Part shown: one piece after another, positions 21,075 through 36,158 of the stretch
How positions within the stretch are numbered: the first letter of the stretch is position 1
How the letters are laid out: every line of letters begins with the position of its first letter
Source: Syncephalis fuscata S228
Lineage: Eukaryota > Fungi > Zoopagomycota
DNA: 64,000 nucleotides
Direction: 5' to 3'
NCBI GenBank assembly: GCA_025786725.1
Contig: JAHLTZ010000004.1
Span: 124,001 to 188,000, forward strand
Notes under the pieces: model-generated
The model's database searches: none
Told to the model about the DNA's origin: nothing
The model's input: the letters and a program-made list of their open reading frames with translations, nothing else
Program-made: the position numbers and the translations under genes

Positions 21075-23668
21075 TTAAAACTCAAATTCCTTTTGGAAGA
21101 CACCTAGATCGCGGCGATCGCATTCGTTAGCTAAATCAGGGCGATTTAATAAATTCATCGTCATGCGAAGTGCTGTCCATAGCGAGTCGGTTGTCGGGTT
21201 ATTGGTAATAGCCGGTGTATTATAAGGCTTTGCCGAAGGTGATTGCAGGGCCAATGCAGTAAGTAAATGGCCAGCTGCCTCACGATGATGTCCCAGATTA
21301 ATACAACTAATACCGATATTGTAACGGGCTCGTACATAGCCTGGACGTAGTTCCAAGGCCCGACGATAAGCATCTACTGCAGCCATATAATCGCCACAAT
21401 TGGCCAGACTAGCACCTAAACGATTCCATAAAAAGTGATCCTATATCACAGCGTAGCGTATTAGCATACATGGCGGTATCGCTTTTGTTTATAGCAAATT
21501 ATAACTTACACCGGGTCGTGCTTGTACCGCAGCTTGGAAGCAATCAACTGCTTTCATCGGCTCGTTCGACAAATTAAATAGCACACCTAGTCCGGCTTGT
21601 AGCTCCGCATCAAGGTTATCTGGCTGTGCTTGCACGGCACGTAGCATTGCCGCTTCAACACGTTCATGCTGTCCAAGTGTATTGTCCTGCTGAGCAATGG
21701 GTGCCTTACCAGTGGCACGGCCATAGATTGGATGTTCGGTAATCCAGCGCTCCAACTCGGCATACGCATCGTTACGGCAGCTTTCATTGGCATAGGCAAT
21801 GGCCAGAGCAACACTCACATTATGGCTACTAGCATCGGCATTGGCCATAGTGTTATGTTTAATTGCTTGACGGAATGCGGCAATAGCTGCACTATCTCGT
21901 TCGTTCTCCTGCTGTAGTAGTCCAAGTCGACGCCATGCTTCTGCATTATCTGGATTCAGCTGTACGACTGCTTCATGCTCGAGAATCTCCTCGTGTAGTG
22001 AACGGCCACGACCAGGAGAACTAGCCGCAGTCGATGTAGTTCGGTCTTGTAAAAATGGATTATCCACCTGGAATGGGTATTCATCATATTCTCGACCGAC
22101 TGCTTGTAAACTAAATCTACCATCGCCGCGTAGCTCTTGCTGTTCCCATGCTTTCGCTAGTTCTTCCCATTCTTTATCTACTGGCTCATCTGCTAAATGA
22201 GCAATATTCTTTCGATACATTTCTGTCCACTCGTCGAGACGATCTTGTTCTGAAGTTATCGGTGCCATTGATTCGGCTGGTGCCGTCGATGACGTCCTAT
22301 GAATCTCTTCAAACTCTCGTGCCCACTGATCGCCAACAGCAGTGTTAGTCGTAGCTTCTGTTTGATGTTCTACAAACGATGCGGCCCAGTCCTCGTTTTT
22401 AGCAAATTCACTAGTCCAATTGGCTGCTGGCTGGGCCGATGTTGATGCTTCGCCATTGAATTCATGTGCCCAATTGCCTGTCTGGTCCGGCTTGGAAGGA
22501 GTTGTAGCAAACTCATTAGACCAGTCAGTCGACTTTTGCGCAAACTCAGCACTCCAAGAGCCTGTAGCACTTGTATTCGGTGCATGCTGTTCTACTACTT
22601 TATTGCCTTCTACAACTACCTCCTGATCACGCAGTCGTCGCATAAACTGTAGAAAGTTTGACTGTTTAAACTTTGGATTACTTGATTCATTAACAATATC
22701 AACAACTTGTCCAGCAGTGGCTGCCAATGCTGCCCGACTATCACCATCACCATTCACTTCTTTGTCAAACTCTTCAGCCCAGTTGGATTCTTGTTGTTTT
22801 GTAAATTCACTCTCCCAGTTAACGTCTACATTATTGTGTAAATATGATATTAAAATCTATATATTTGATTCATTTACCTTGACCAGCTTGTTCAAACGCT
22901 TTCTCAAACTGCTCTTGTAACTCTGGATTGTTTAGCTGATGACCGTCATGATGTACCTCTTCAAACTTTGAAAATTCCGATTCCCAGCCATTAACCGTAT
23001 CTGTATCTACCAATAAGACAGCGTTTTTACTATTAAATAACAACTTACGTGCTTGTGCGGCATCAAAAGCACGATCAAATTCACTCCATTCAGCATGTTC
23101 CAATGGATCGCCAGTCGTTGTAGCGATATGTCCTTCATGTACAAAGTCATTGGCCCAGTTACCCAATCCATTGTTAGGCTGTTGTTGTTGTTGCTGATGA
23201 TTCTGCTGATTCTGAAATAGCGGTGGTGGTCCTTCTAATAGATCCAGTTCTTTGCCAAGTGCATTAAACTCAAATACATTTCGTGCTGTACTGGGTCCTG
23301 CTTGTGCATTTGAATCTCTTAGAAATTCCTCAGTAAGCTATACAAAATAATTATTTACATTAAACTTTATTTTCATCCTATTCCATTCTACACTTACTGC
23401 ATTATTTGGTCGTGCTCCTTGACGAAATATCTAGTTCGCTATTGTCAATACTATTTCTTAGACACACTGCCACAGCCATACTTACCGAATGTCCACCACG
23501 TCCTTGTTGCATATCACGCGCCATATGATCCTACATTTATTAATATAACACTGACTAAAGTCAATTGCTTACTTGTTGCAACGACCGGTCTCGCGAGTAC
23601 TGCTTTAACAAGCCGGTCATAGCGTTGCCGCCAGAGCAATCGGCACCTCCTGTAAACATATTGGCCAT
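21075..23668 (-). CDS. PEX5: Peroxisomal PTS1 receptor Pex5
   Basis: N-terminal conserved Cys (GGADCSGGN..DRSLQQ), many WxxxF motifs, and TPR domain (AWRRLGLLQQENERD; LELRPGYVRARYNIGISCINLG). Confidence 0.96.
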
Positions 23669-23962
23669 GCTGTTATTGCCACTATTGCTGCTTCTGCTAC
23701 TGCTCTTAATAAAGCCGCTACGGTAGCTATTACTCTTTCACCGCGCGTGGATTTATTCAACAGAGTGTAAGTGAAATAACAAGTAACTAGTTATAAATAC
23801 AAACAATACTTGTGAATAAACGTGAGTGTTCACAATGCTCTCTCACGGAAAATATCAACGCTATTCCGATGTCACGTGATAAACGAGTAATTTAATAATT
23901 ATTCTATTTTTTGTTTTTTTTCTATTCTCATCATAATTACTTTGTTTCTTGATTCCGTCAAT

Positions 23963-24845
23963 ATGGTAGGAGTTTTATAGCTGTAGATTCGTATAGAAAG
24001 ACTTATTGTATTCTATTTATTATACCAATAGGGTAAAGCAAAAAAGACGAGACAATTTGCGCAGGTAAAGCGTTTAATGAGTCCTAAAGATGCAAGACTG
24101 TAAGTAATTTACAAAACTTTATTCAAACGCTCATCTCACAGATCTTACAGTAAGGCGAATCAAGTAAAGGATAAGAAGACGTCGGAAGATAAAGAGAAGG
24201 AACTTGTCCGTAATATGTAAGCTATAGACTTGTAAATAAACGGTTTGTATTAACAATATGGACTAGTCCTCAAATGGCCTCTTCGCTCTTCTTCAAGTAC
24301 AATTCTGCACTGGGACCACCTTATCATGTTATTGTTGATACGAATTTTATTAATTTCAGTATTCAAAACAAACTTGAACTTGTTCGATCCATGATGGATT
24401 GTCTTTACGCCAAGTGTGTTCCCTGCATTACTGACTGTGTACTTGCCGAATTGGAAAAGCTTGGTCCAAAATACCGTGTAGCATTACGGTAAGTATTTAA
24501 GTAAATTATCGATTTTATTATTTAATTTTTATATTTATTATAGTGTTGCACGAGACCCTCGGTTTGAACGCCTTCCATGTACGCATAAAGGCACCTATGC
24601 CGATGACTGTATTGTTCAACGTATTATGCAAGTAAGTTATCTACCATTAGTAATAATTATAGTATATTAATCATGGTATATTAATCATAATATGGCAATA
24701 GCATAAATGTTATATTGTAGCTACTTGTGATCGTGATTTAAAACGCCGTATTAGAAAAATTCCCGGTGTACCCATTATGTTCATCACCCAACACAAGTAC
24801 ACCATTGAACGTATGCCTGAAGCATATGGTGCACCGACAAATTAA
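23963..24845 (+). CDS. FCF1: rRNA-processing PIN-domain protein Fcf1/Utp24
   Basis: ATG|gtagg first coding exon, [52 protein letters not shown] and [21 protein letters not shown]. Confidence 0.96.
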
Positions 24846-24866
24846 ATGATTACAAAGAAAGGTTTA

Positions 24867-26525
24867 TTACTCGCTATCCTCTGACATATTCATTTCATCG
24901 TCGTCATCGTCGTATCCATTATTATTATTATTGCCCTCGTTAGCTTGGCTGGGTGTTGATAATGTTGCATTGACTTGTGCATTAAGTTGTCGTTGTCGTC
25001 GTTGTTGCTGTTGTCGTTTCTCTTCTTTGCGTCGTTCTGCCAATCGTACTCGTGCGCCCATCTCTCGATCCCATGCATCTTTACACGATCGATAGAGCAT
25101 CATAGTGGCAGCGGCATCTTCGACCTATGATGGCCAGTATTAAATTGCCGCAATATTACCATTATAGCTATTGTTATTAAAATGCATTTCAAACTAAAAT
25201 TGCTTACCGAAGAGTGTGCACCGTCTTGAATCTTCTTTTTAAGTACCAGTTCGACTAAACGTTTAAGACTTGGTGTACGGCCACCCGTCAATTTACGGAA
25301 TGGTTTATAAAGTTGCGTATCACGAATAAGATGTCGAGGATGGCTAAGCATAAGTGCCTAGTCCATGATATAAGCAAATCATCCTACAGTTAGAGGATAG
25401 ATCTATTCGTCTATTATAGATCCTATTTACCTTAAGGTCATGATGGATAGCATGTCCAACAATGATACGACCGTCCAATAGCTCAGATACTGCTGTTTGT
25501 ACTGATTCAAAGCTTTCCGCTGTTATCCATAATCAATTTGATTATATTAATTGTATTGCTATTACAATAGTTAATTAATATTTACCTTTTTTCATTAAAG
25601 TAGGCGTAATACCACTAACAAATGTTCTATAATCAGTGACTCGCTCCTTAGTCTTTACAAACTTATCCATAATTGGATGTCCAAAGAAGTTGACAATACT
25701 AACACGGGCCAGTGCTGATTCAGATCCATTTGGTCCAACACCAACCATTTCACAATCAATGGCTAGATATTTGCCAATTCTATTAATATGTCGTTAACTA
25801 TTATGCTTATTAAAAGTATATGTACTGGTGTTACACTATTTATTACACTTACTTTGTCGTATCAGTTGCTGTTTCGAGTGCAGTTGCCCGTTCAGCACGT
25901 CGTCGTTGTCGTTTCTCGTCACTCACTGTACCACTATGTACTTTATCATGACCATAGACACTTTTTAGATCCGATACTGATACTTCTTCGGCAAACCACA
26001 ATTTACTTGCATCTAGCGTATCTTTTTGTGTACGTTTTGTTTCGGTGGCCAGTACAGCCTGATCCACAAGCGATAATGTCGACGATTGACTAAATATATT
26101 GTATATTATATATAATGTATTATTATTACTACTATTATAGTATATTTACCTTGTTTCTATTGTTAATTTCTTGTCTGGTCGATCATCAATAGTAGATGTG
26201 GTTGCTTTACGTTTACGATGTGTTACAGTTGTTTCTGTACTTTTATGCTCAATTTTAATCGTTTTCCCGTTTGCTTTATCATTCTTCTGTTTAACAAAGG
26301 CCGCTACCATAGCTGCTGTAGCATTAGTTTTTGTTGGTTTTTCAATTGGTTCTGGCTTCTTTTCTTTAATGGCTATTTTCTAATAGTATAACAATAAATA
26401 GATAGCTTGTTTGGTATAATTCTACTTACAGCTTGCATCTTAACCCAGTTACTGGAAGGTAGACCAGCTGGCAGCTTGACACTCGCCGCATTCTTTCTCT
26501 CCTTTGTCTTCTTCTTACTGTTCAT
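24867..26525 (-). CDS. REX4: RNA exonuclease 4 (DEDDh)
   Basis: SSNW N-terminal motif, [50 protein letters not shown] and [19 protein letters not shown]. Confidence 0.93.
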
Positions 26526-26686
26526 ACTAATAAATAACTAATCAATAAACGATCTTAATTTAACTAAATGTTAAAATAGAAAAAAAAAAGAAAAAAAATA
26601 CTAATCCACACTAATAATCAATTAATTATTTTATTAACCAGTGTTTATCACATTGTAATACAATTTTATTTTAACTATTATAAATA

Positions 26687-29600
26687 CTAGTGTGCAAGTG
26701 GTGGAAGTGTATGAGGAGTGGTTGTATTAGAAAAATACGTTTGAAACACTGGATCCTCAATAGTAGTCGAGTCTTGTAATAATATATGATATACGTATAA
26801 AAGTAGTAATGGGAATCGTGTTGAATAGTAAGAAAGAAATCCATCTGGTATGGAGCCAAGTATTTTACGCTCAGTATCTGGTAAATCTTGAAAGTGGTGT
26901 TTCTATAATGGATAATATTAGTTGTAAATATATAATACTTATTATTATTATTATTATTATTATTATCTCTACCTTATTGCGAATAGCCCGTAATAGATCA
27001 CGTACACTACGTGTATCGTATTTACGAAACTTGCCCAAATGGCCAATCATCGATTTATCGAGTCGTTTACTCCAATCAAGACCGATAATACTAATTGAAT
27101 TAGATTCAAGCTTGCTTAGTAAAGGTGATGCAGCAACATCGCGTGGTTCTGCTTCAAATCGATCCGATGCATCTTGTAAAAAGGCCAATCGTTTATCGGC
27201 CGACCAAAAGAATGGATGCAATAATACTTGAGCTATGGTCGGTCTTTAAAGTAACAAGTTATTGGCTATTAGCATAGATATACATATATATATATAGAAT
27301 AACTAACTAGTACTTACCGATGCTTTGGTTCATACTGAATCATAGCCGATATCAAATCTCTTGCTTCGGCCTCGGCCACATTCTGCATACTTAGACCGGC
27401 CAAATCGTATTTGCCTTCAAGAATATTTGATTCACGTTCATATCGATCACCAAATGGATGCTGACCACCGGTCAATGCATAGTAAAAGACACATCCCGCA
27501 GCAAACACATCAATCGCTTTGGTGACTCGAGATGGTTTGGTCGAAGTGGCATCGACTGTGCCATCCGACACAGATGATTTGTCCATAAATGCCGGTAATC
27601 TTCTACGTGGTGATCTACTATCGGACGAGGATGAATCACCATTGGCAGAAAAGGATAACTCGCTGTCAGTTGCTCGTAATAGTTCTTGAGCTCTCCATCC
27701 AACGGTACCGCTACCTTGACGTAGCGTTGAATCGCCAAATGAGCTTTGATCGGCCTCCAATCGCTTACTTAAACCAAAATCAGATATAACCACGCGTACT
27801 TCTGTCATGGTTGCCGTGCCATTACTCTCTGCTGAATTGGTTGCTACACTTGCTCGAGAGCGTGTTTTAGAAGTTATTAAGATATTTTGCGGTTTAAGAT
27901 CGCGATGTACAAGTTTAAGTGAATGTAAATGATGCAAACCCGATGCTATTTGATAAAGCAACTGAGCCTGCGATAAGTTAGTTAATAGGTCAGATTGACC
28001 ATGTTGAGCCCGTTCAACTGCTTCATGTAACGTGATTTGACACAGTTCAAGAGCAATATATAAAAATCGATCACATCGTTCCTATAAAGCACAATATTAA
28101 TTTAGTAGTTATCACTAGTTAATCAATTTATACTTACTCGGCAATAATAACGAATAACATTTGGATGATCATCACTCTCTTGCAGTATGGCTACTTCATG
28201 ATCGGCCATATCGTAAAAATCAAGCAATTGTCGTTTTACTGCAACCTTTTTACCACCAAAATCACCTTTAAAGACAACAGTGCCATGACTGCCATAACCG
28301 AGTACATCGGTGGTGACAGTCAATGAATTAATAATAATATTACCATCTATTTCCTTATAGTTTGTAGTAGTAGTAGTAGAATTGCTACTATCATTTGTTA
28401 GTTGAACTAATGCTTTGTCTAATAAAGGTGTCATATTAGCTATTGTACCATTAGTGATGATTGAACCATAACAGCATCTGCCATTTCTTTTGGCGGTGTT
28501 ATCACAATAAGGCTGACTCTTTTACAATGGCTCATTATTATCGGTTTGCTTATCTGGCTCTTCAGCCATTTGCTTTCGTCTACGACGACGCCCTGTCTTT
28601 CCTTTTGGCGTTTCAGGTTCTACTTGCTTCATTTGATTCAGCGCTTCTAAAGATTCCAATGTTGATGTCTGTAATTGACTGGATTGATCTTTGCGATAAT
28701 AGTAATAGCTAGCATATACACTAATTAGTGCTGCACTAAGCAATAGCCAATGAATCCAGGTCATATAAATCCATAGCCATCTTGCTCGACTTGATAGTCC
28801 ACTTAACGTCCATAGCTCTCCTTCAATGGCCGGTAATATTGATGGATAGTTGCCTGGTGGTAATTCTGGATACAGGTGATTACCACTGACTGCACTCTCT
28901 ACCAAAAGTTGATCATTAGGCGATATAACTCTATAATGGCCGAGTAGGCATTTGGCATTCATTGGGTCTGTGCCTCTTAGACATTTAGATGGATTCACTT
29001 CAATTGGCGACAATGCTCGTGGAAAATGATCAGTAGACATGGCAAATAAATGGCCTTGATGCATACGTATTTGTGCGGATGCATCTGTATCCTTTGAAAT
29101 ATCCTTGGTACGTAAAGCCATGGCAGTTAATTTATTCATCCAGCCATCTTTCTTGGTGTTTTCGTCTTTGTTGGCTGATAGATCTTGCTTCACCAATACC
29201 AAACGTCTTTGTAACTCTGCTGTAGACATGACTTCAAATACACTGACTACTGGCGATTCAAATTGAACTTCCCATGTCATTTGTTCTAATCAACATAGAC
29301 CGTAAGCATTCTATTCTATTCTATTATTCTTAATAACTAATTAATATACGAACCACTGTTAATTCCAGTAATTATATCGCCATCTCCATCCGATTTGATA
29401 GCTATATTGCCAATAGTATTTCTACTGGGTACGGCAATTGTTGAATCAGGCTTAGTGTAGGTAAATTCACCGTAACTTATATTCCATCTAATAATAATTG
29501 TTTATTAGTAATTTAACAATATAAAAGTGATTACTTACTTGACAGAACTTTGATGCGTATCATAAATAGTTAATGTATAATCTGTTGTAATCATAATTAT

Positions 29601-30802
29601 TTAATATTGTTATTACTATTTAGTTCATTTTAATTACCTTGTCGTCCTAATAAAATGGCATCTGAAGGTAGTGATGGATTATCATGTCGAATATCCTGAC
29701 CACCAACATTATACCTTTTAAGTAGAGCACCAGTATGTGGATCAATGGCAAATAAAGTTGACTGTTGTGCTGCAACATAAGCTGCTCCATCAATGGCACC
29801 AAAGGGTGATGAAGAGACCAAGTATCGAATAGAATAGGGCAATTTCTATTAATTATAACATATCATAAATATAATGGCTTCTGTTGTGTTTATATACTTA
29901 ATTGCTTACTTGTAATCCTTTGCCCGATGCATAAACATACAGCGCGCCATCTCCTGCTGGTTCAGGAAAGTAAAGAATTTCATTGATTGGATCTTGTTTA
30001 TTTGCATTCTTATCCTTATTGGCTGTACTAATTAATAGGGATTCATCGGCTAATGGTACTGTTGATTTATGCTCTTCATTCAGTTGCTTTTTCTTTTGTA
30101 ATTTACTATCATTTTTTAGTTTGGCAGTCTCCTTCTCCTTCTTCTTCTTCTTGCTATATATCTTTTCCGTCTCGGTTGATGTCGATTCGTTGTTAATAAT
30201 TTCATCTATTTGATCTGTATTACAAGTTAGACTTTTATTTCATAGCATAATAACAACAATAATGTGCCAATTTACCTTGTTCTGCTTGAGATACGCCTGT
30301 TGATACTAAATTGCCACCTAGATCTTTTTGCGTCCATAGTATTTTGCCTGTTTTTTTGTGCACAGCATTGATCGTGCCATCTACAGTAACAACTAGCATC
30401 ATACTAATGTCTTGAGTTGGTATAACCCCTCGTGGCTGTAATCGCCGCCGGTTGGGTAGTGCATCATCATTTACCGCTTGTAATACCTTAGTATTAACTA
30501 TCTGAGCATCTGGCTTGAGGGCAACAGCCATATTTAATGGTAATTCATCTTCATGCTGTGTTGCTAAAGCGTCTTTGTTTTTTACGGCGTTTTTGGCATG
30601 GTTATAGTTCTAATAGTATTGGTATGTAATTAGTATTTGGTTAAACCAGTATTGGATATGTTCATACATGAGATGCTATGACTGCGCTAAATAGTTCAGG
30701 CACAATCATACAAAGAACTAATATCAATACTATGGCATAGCGCAGTGTTGGCTGAGACTGGGGCAAACCGTTAACTGGTCCTGCCAAAGAAAACGTCTGC
30801 AT
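26687..30802 (-). CDS. IRE1: ER stress sensor kinase/endoribonuclease Ire1
   Basis: Signal peptide, luminal domain (TVDGTINAVHKKTGKILW), TM helix, kinase (LGYGSHGTVVFKG, ESDDHPNVIRY, HRDLKPQNIL, ISDFGL) and KEN RNase (FRKYDTRSVRDLLRAIRNK). Confidence 0.96.
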
Positions 30803-32163
30803 GTTTGCCTGGTTGGCAATTTAACCCGATCGACGTGGACTGCTACAGGTTGGATGGCAGTTTGTAGAGTAATAATAGTTAAAAAGCACTGAAATATATG
30901 TTGCAAAGCGATAACGAATAAAACCAATAGCTATTGAAGAGGGATGCAAACGCAAATGAAATAAGTAGTGGGAGGGAACAGTCTTTCAGACCAACGACAA
31001 GTAAAGCTTTTTAGACCATTTGAAGATAGACAACTTGTTTAAAAATAGAATAGTTAATAGATACGTGGAAATATATAAGCATGAGATTGAACCAGAGACA
31101 GTTCAATGGCTTCTATGTTTGGAAACAGCGAACATTCTTTCTTCAAAAGCCACAGCTATTGTGCTGTAAATATGTTTTATACTACCAATGACTCTCTATT
31201 CATCATCCTTCATCTTTGATATTATAATAGAATATTTATTAGTAAACGTGTTCCATGATAATGATTGATTTTCATGTTGGTTTAACTTTTGTTATATTTT
31301 ATTTAATTATTTAATACACTCACTAACAATTATATATTGATGATAATAAGCATTTTTTGGGGCTAAATGATACCAATATTAATTTACATATATTAACAAC
31401 GCAACATACAGTCTACGTCACTACACTTGATAACATATATCCATTGCATATACATTCCGTGATTATTTATTGCATATTATACACGAGTTATCTAAAGTGT
31501 AAGCATAGCAACGATATCCATAACACTTAGCCCAGTAGATTATCAGTACTGCTAATTAATAGTCAATACAAATGGACAACTGCTGTCTATAAGCTTTTTT
31601 ATATTGGAGATGCAACTTAAGTTGTGGATCTAAAGATCGTTTTTATGCTTTTGTTATAATAAATATGTATATTTAAATGAATAGCCAAAGAGAGTGTACA
31701 ATATCAAAGACAAAGGTATAATATGTTTATTTGTAACCTGATGATTTAGCTAGGTTGTGAGGTTACTGTGGGATAGGAGGCAGGCAGAATAGAATATTAA
31801 AATTGCTATTTTTATATAGCAAAATACAATGTGTTTTACATAGCTAGTAGGTTAACTAACATGCGAGAATGTTGGTATAGTAATACCGAAATATATCCGC
31901 TGCAATGCTGCAGTGTATTGTAGCTTTTCAGCAGTTTGAATATGTTTAATAATTGTGGTTTTAACACCATGTAGATTACATTATACCGATACACCGAATC
32001 TCCGGCCTCTGTTATTCCCGTGTATATAAACAGTTGTGCATGGCATCGATAAGCACACTTATTTCCTAATATTGTCCACAACTTGTCTTTGTCATTTGAA
32101 GCATTTTTGTTTAAAATCTTTTAGCTGGTGCTGTGAATCTTGTCTAGTATTTGCTATTCCACA

Positions 32164-32736
<573 letters not shown>

Positions 32737-33273
32737 TACGTCGTTAGTCAATTAAATCATACTACATATTATTACCATATTATCAGTATATACATTATAT
32801 CTTTATTACTTAAATAAAGATGGTTTTTTACAAATATTAAATTATCACAATTATAGATTCAATATAGCTATAGTCGCGTCAGCTAGTTTGATGGTTATAT
32901 ATGTGATCAATTAAATAAAATATGTCCTGTTATTAAACTTAATATTATTTTATAGCCAAGTAATTATACTTGACAATATTTGTTCTATTGAAATGAAACT
33001 ATATAGTAGCAACATTATCGTTAAAATTAACATCAATATAAAAGCATGATTATCACTTTACACTATTCATAAGACAATAAAATCTTCTATATGTTTTCTT
33101 TATTTAATTTGATATGTATGGTCAAGGGGGGATAAGGATGAGAACGATGAGTGTAATGCGAATTAGCAAATGAATATACTGGCAGGTAAGTAAAGATAAA
33201 CGAGAGTGCCTATAGGGTAGGACAATGAGAGTGCCTATAGAATAGAGTAGAGTAGAGTAAAGTATAGACTAGC

Positions 33274-36158
33274 TTATAAGCTGTCAATGGCTTCGTTAAT
33301 ATATTCGAACCATTCATGGCAAACATAGGCAGTTTCTGCCTGGAAATAGTATTTCTTGTTATCTTTGTCCATGATAGCAAACAAATTGACAAATTGATCG
33401 GCTGGCAACTCAATGACATACGCCGATGCCAGATCAATATGGCCCTTGTAGTGAAGTCGGCCGTCATTTTTTTCTTTGACAAGCACAAGCATGTCATTAA
33501 AAAGAAGGCACATACGTGATGATGTTTTGCCAGACAACAACGAAACAACTGTAAGATTGCCTCGGTGAACAAGTCGACGTGTCGGTGTTACCAATACTTC
33601 ATTGCAGCCTTTCATTGAGTTTTGAATACGCTTGACCTCTTCTCGCTGATGAGCAATGCGAGCGCTACACATAGGCCATAGGTTAATTGTGGTACAATTT
33701 ACTAGTGAGTCAACTTACAGTTTTTCCAACTCGGAATTGATATGTTGGAATTGTTCAAGACATTCGGCAAACCCTTCGTACTCTGGTTCTTCACAAGAAT
33801 AAAGCTCAATTATCTTTTGCAGGAAGCTGTAGTAGCGTGAGATGTGCTCACGAGGATTGCCCAAAAGTGCGCGTACATTGATATGCTCCACTTGCTCTGT
33901 GCATTCCTATAGTTATTTGAGTACATATAAATGTAGATAGCCTATTAGTTTGGCATGTAACTTGATACAAATAGTCCAATTACCTCTAATGCTCGACGGA
34001 AATAGTTGCTATTAAGACAGAGTTCATCCAATGTCGTAATCATTTCTGGATACCTTTCCGTGTAGTGTAGATAGTAACGGAAGCCGGGCATCTGTATTAT
34101 AAATAGAATTAGTAATGTTTTTAGTGTATACATCTATTACTTACGTGTTTCTTAAACGCTGTGACAACCTGTTCCAACGTGCCAGTGGCCGAGTGATGTT
34201 CAATACTGCATAAATATTAGTATTATGTTTATATTTACGCATGTTCGTTACAACTTACGCTTGTTCCAAATCACGTAAAAACAATTTATGGAATGGGATC
34301 ATTTTAATAGGGATCGAGAACACACAGTCCAGCTTGAACTTTTCAAATAGATCAAACGAATCCTTCTTTGCATGTTGATGTGCTTTCTGAAGTGGATCGG
34401 CAAATGCGCCTTTGAGCAACACTAAGGCACGCAGGTGCTTTTGCTCGCATCGAATAAGGCTGACCACGGCTGCTAGTCGGCCAATTTCTCGTTGCTCCAA
34501 TTCTAAATGATTCGATATTAATCCTACATCATTTTAATTGTTAAGGTACTTACCATCGTCATCCAGCCACTCAGGCTCAAAAATCTCATCATCAACAATT
34601 ATATCTTGATCTGGTGAATGGGACCGTAAAGTAGGTGATTTGTCTACCAAATACGTTTTTCGTATCTGGGCCAGTTCCCGCGACGATGGCAGCGTATTTC
34701 TGGGCATAATGTTGGACTCATACTTTAATAGGCTATTGTCGAAATTGCTACAAGGAGTGTCGTTTGAGCAATAAGTGGCTATGCTCTTTCGTCGGTAGGT
34801 CGGTTCGGTAGAGGCAGCCTTTCCTTTTGTCTCACGAACTTGTTGAGACATGCCGCGCAACTCACTTCCGGTGAATATTCCAGGCCCATAAGCAATACCC
34901 GACTTGAGAGCAAGCTCGTCTTCGTTTTTCGTATTCTTCCTTTCGGGCATGGTTTGTTCATCTTGAGGGGCCATTTGCACTGCTCCAAAGGTAGATTTGG
35001 CATTTGGAGAATTACTTTCAATGTGGTTGTTGTCGCCTTGCTTCATTAAAAACTGCGGTGTCTTGCTCTTTGCTTTGGAATAGCTCTGCTCAATGTGTTG
35101 TTAGTATAAACGGTTAAATAAATAAATAATACATACCCATTTGCCATCTTATTCATATACACTAAATGTGATGCGTAAGCAGTTGGATTGACCAACGTCA
35201 AGTTCTTATGATTTCCAGTTGTTTTTCCTTTATTTCCAAATGCCATGCTAGCACTTGATTGGACTTTCTGCACGGTTTCCATCGATGCTTCGACTGGCCT
35301 AGATGGCGCGTTATTATAGACTGGGGCATTGTCGGAAGATTGGTATTGAATGCTTCTGGCTTGTTCCAAAGTCATATTGTTCATTAGTTCGCTAATGTCG
35401 GTATCACTAGCAAGCAGATTTAAATCGATTGGACGAAGCGGTGATAGCTGAGGCACATCATTATAGCTGTCTTTAGACTGATGGCCGACATTTTCCAACG
35501 AACGAATTCTATTTGCGGTTTGCTGTTTTTGCAAATTAGCAACCATACTGGCTCTGCGACTAGAATAGGTATTATTAACGATACTACTTTCATTGCTAAC
35601 GTCGCCAGTGCGAACTATAAAGACACTTTTGTCTGGGCTGTTACTAGCAGACTGGGTTGACTTGGCACGTCCAAAGTCTGGAGGCATATTGGACATTGCT
35701 GTTTCTACATTGCGGGAAAACATCGGTGATCTTTGCGATATATAACTGATGTCGCTACTTGGCGTCGCTGGTGCTGTATCTTGTAGTGAAATCATGCTAC
35801 TGGGTGATAAACGAGGAGAAGATGGAGGTGGTAGCGCTCCTAGCTCAAACTCAGTCCAAGGCGCAGAGTAGCCGCTAGCGTAACCATTCGACAGCTGGGT
35901 TGCTTTAGCGGCTGCTACCGGATGATTAGGCGATGGAGAGCGAGCGACTTGATAGCGTGCTAACTGGGCCGCAAGTCTGGCCTTGGTATTAGGTGCTGGT
36001 TGGATAGTAAATGAAGACTTTGTACTAGAATATAATCTAGAAGTGTTATTGTTGTTTACATGAAGAGGAGCTGAAGCTTCATTCGAATTTAGGACCTTAT
36101 ATTCTACTGCTTCTAGTCGACGATTATATTTGCTGGTAAATGAATTTATTGATGCCAT
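33274..36158 (-). CDS. Rho GEF (C-terminal DH-PH) with a long disordered N-terminus
   Basis: RLAAVVSLIRCEQKHLRAL (DH helix 1), ALLGNPREHISRYYSFLQKI, and PH region RRLVHRGNL..MCLLFNDMLVLVK..QAETAYVCHEWFEYINEAI. Confidence 0.8.

Noticed and set aside
23963-23965. ATG-only first coding exon of FCF1 as another micro-exon
   Set aside because: It is the end of a 5' UTR exon, a common arrangement, not an internal 3-nt exon.
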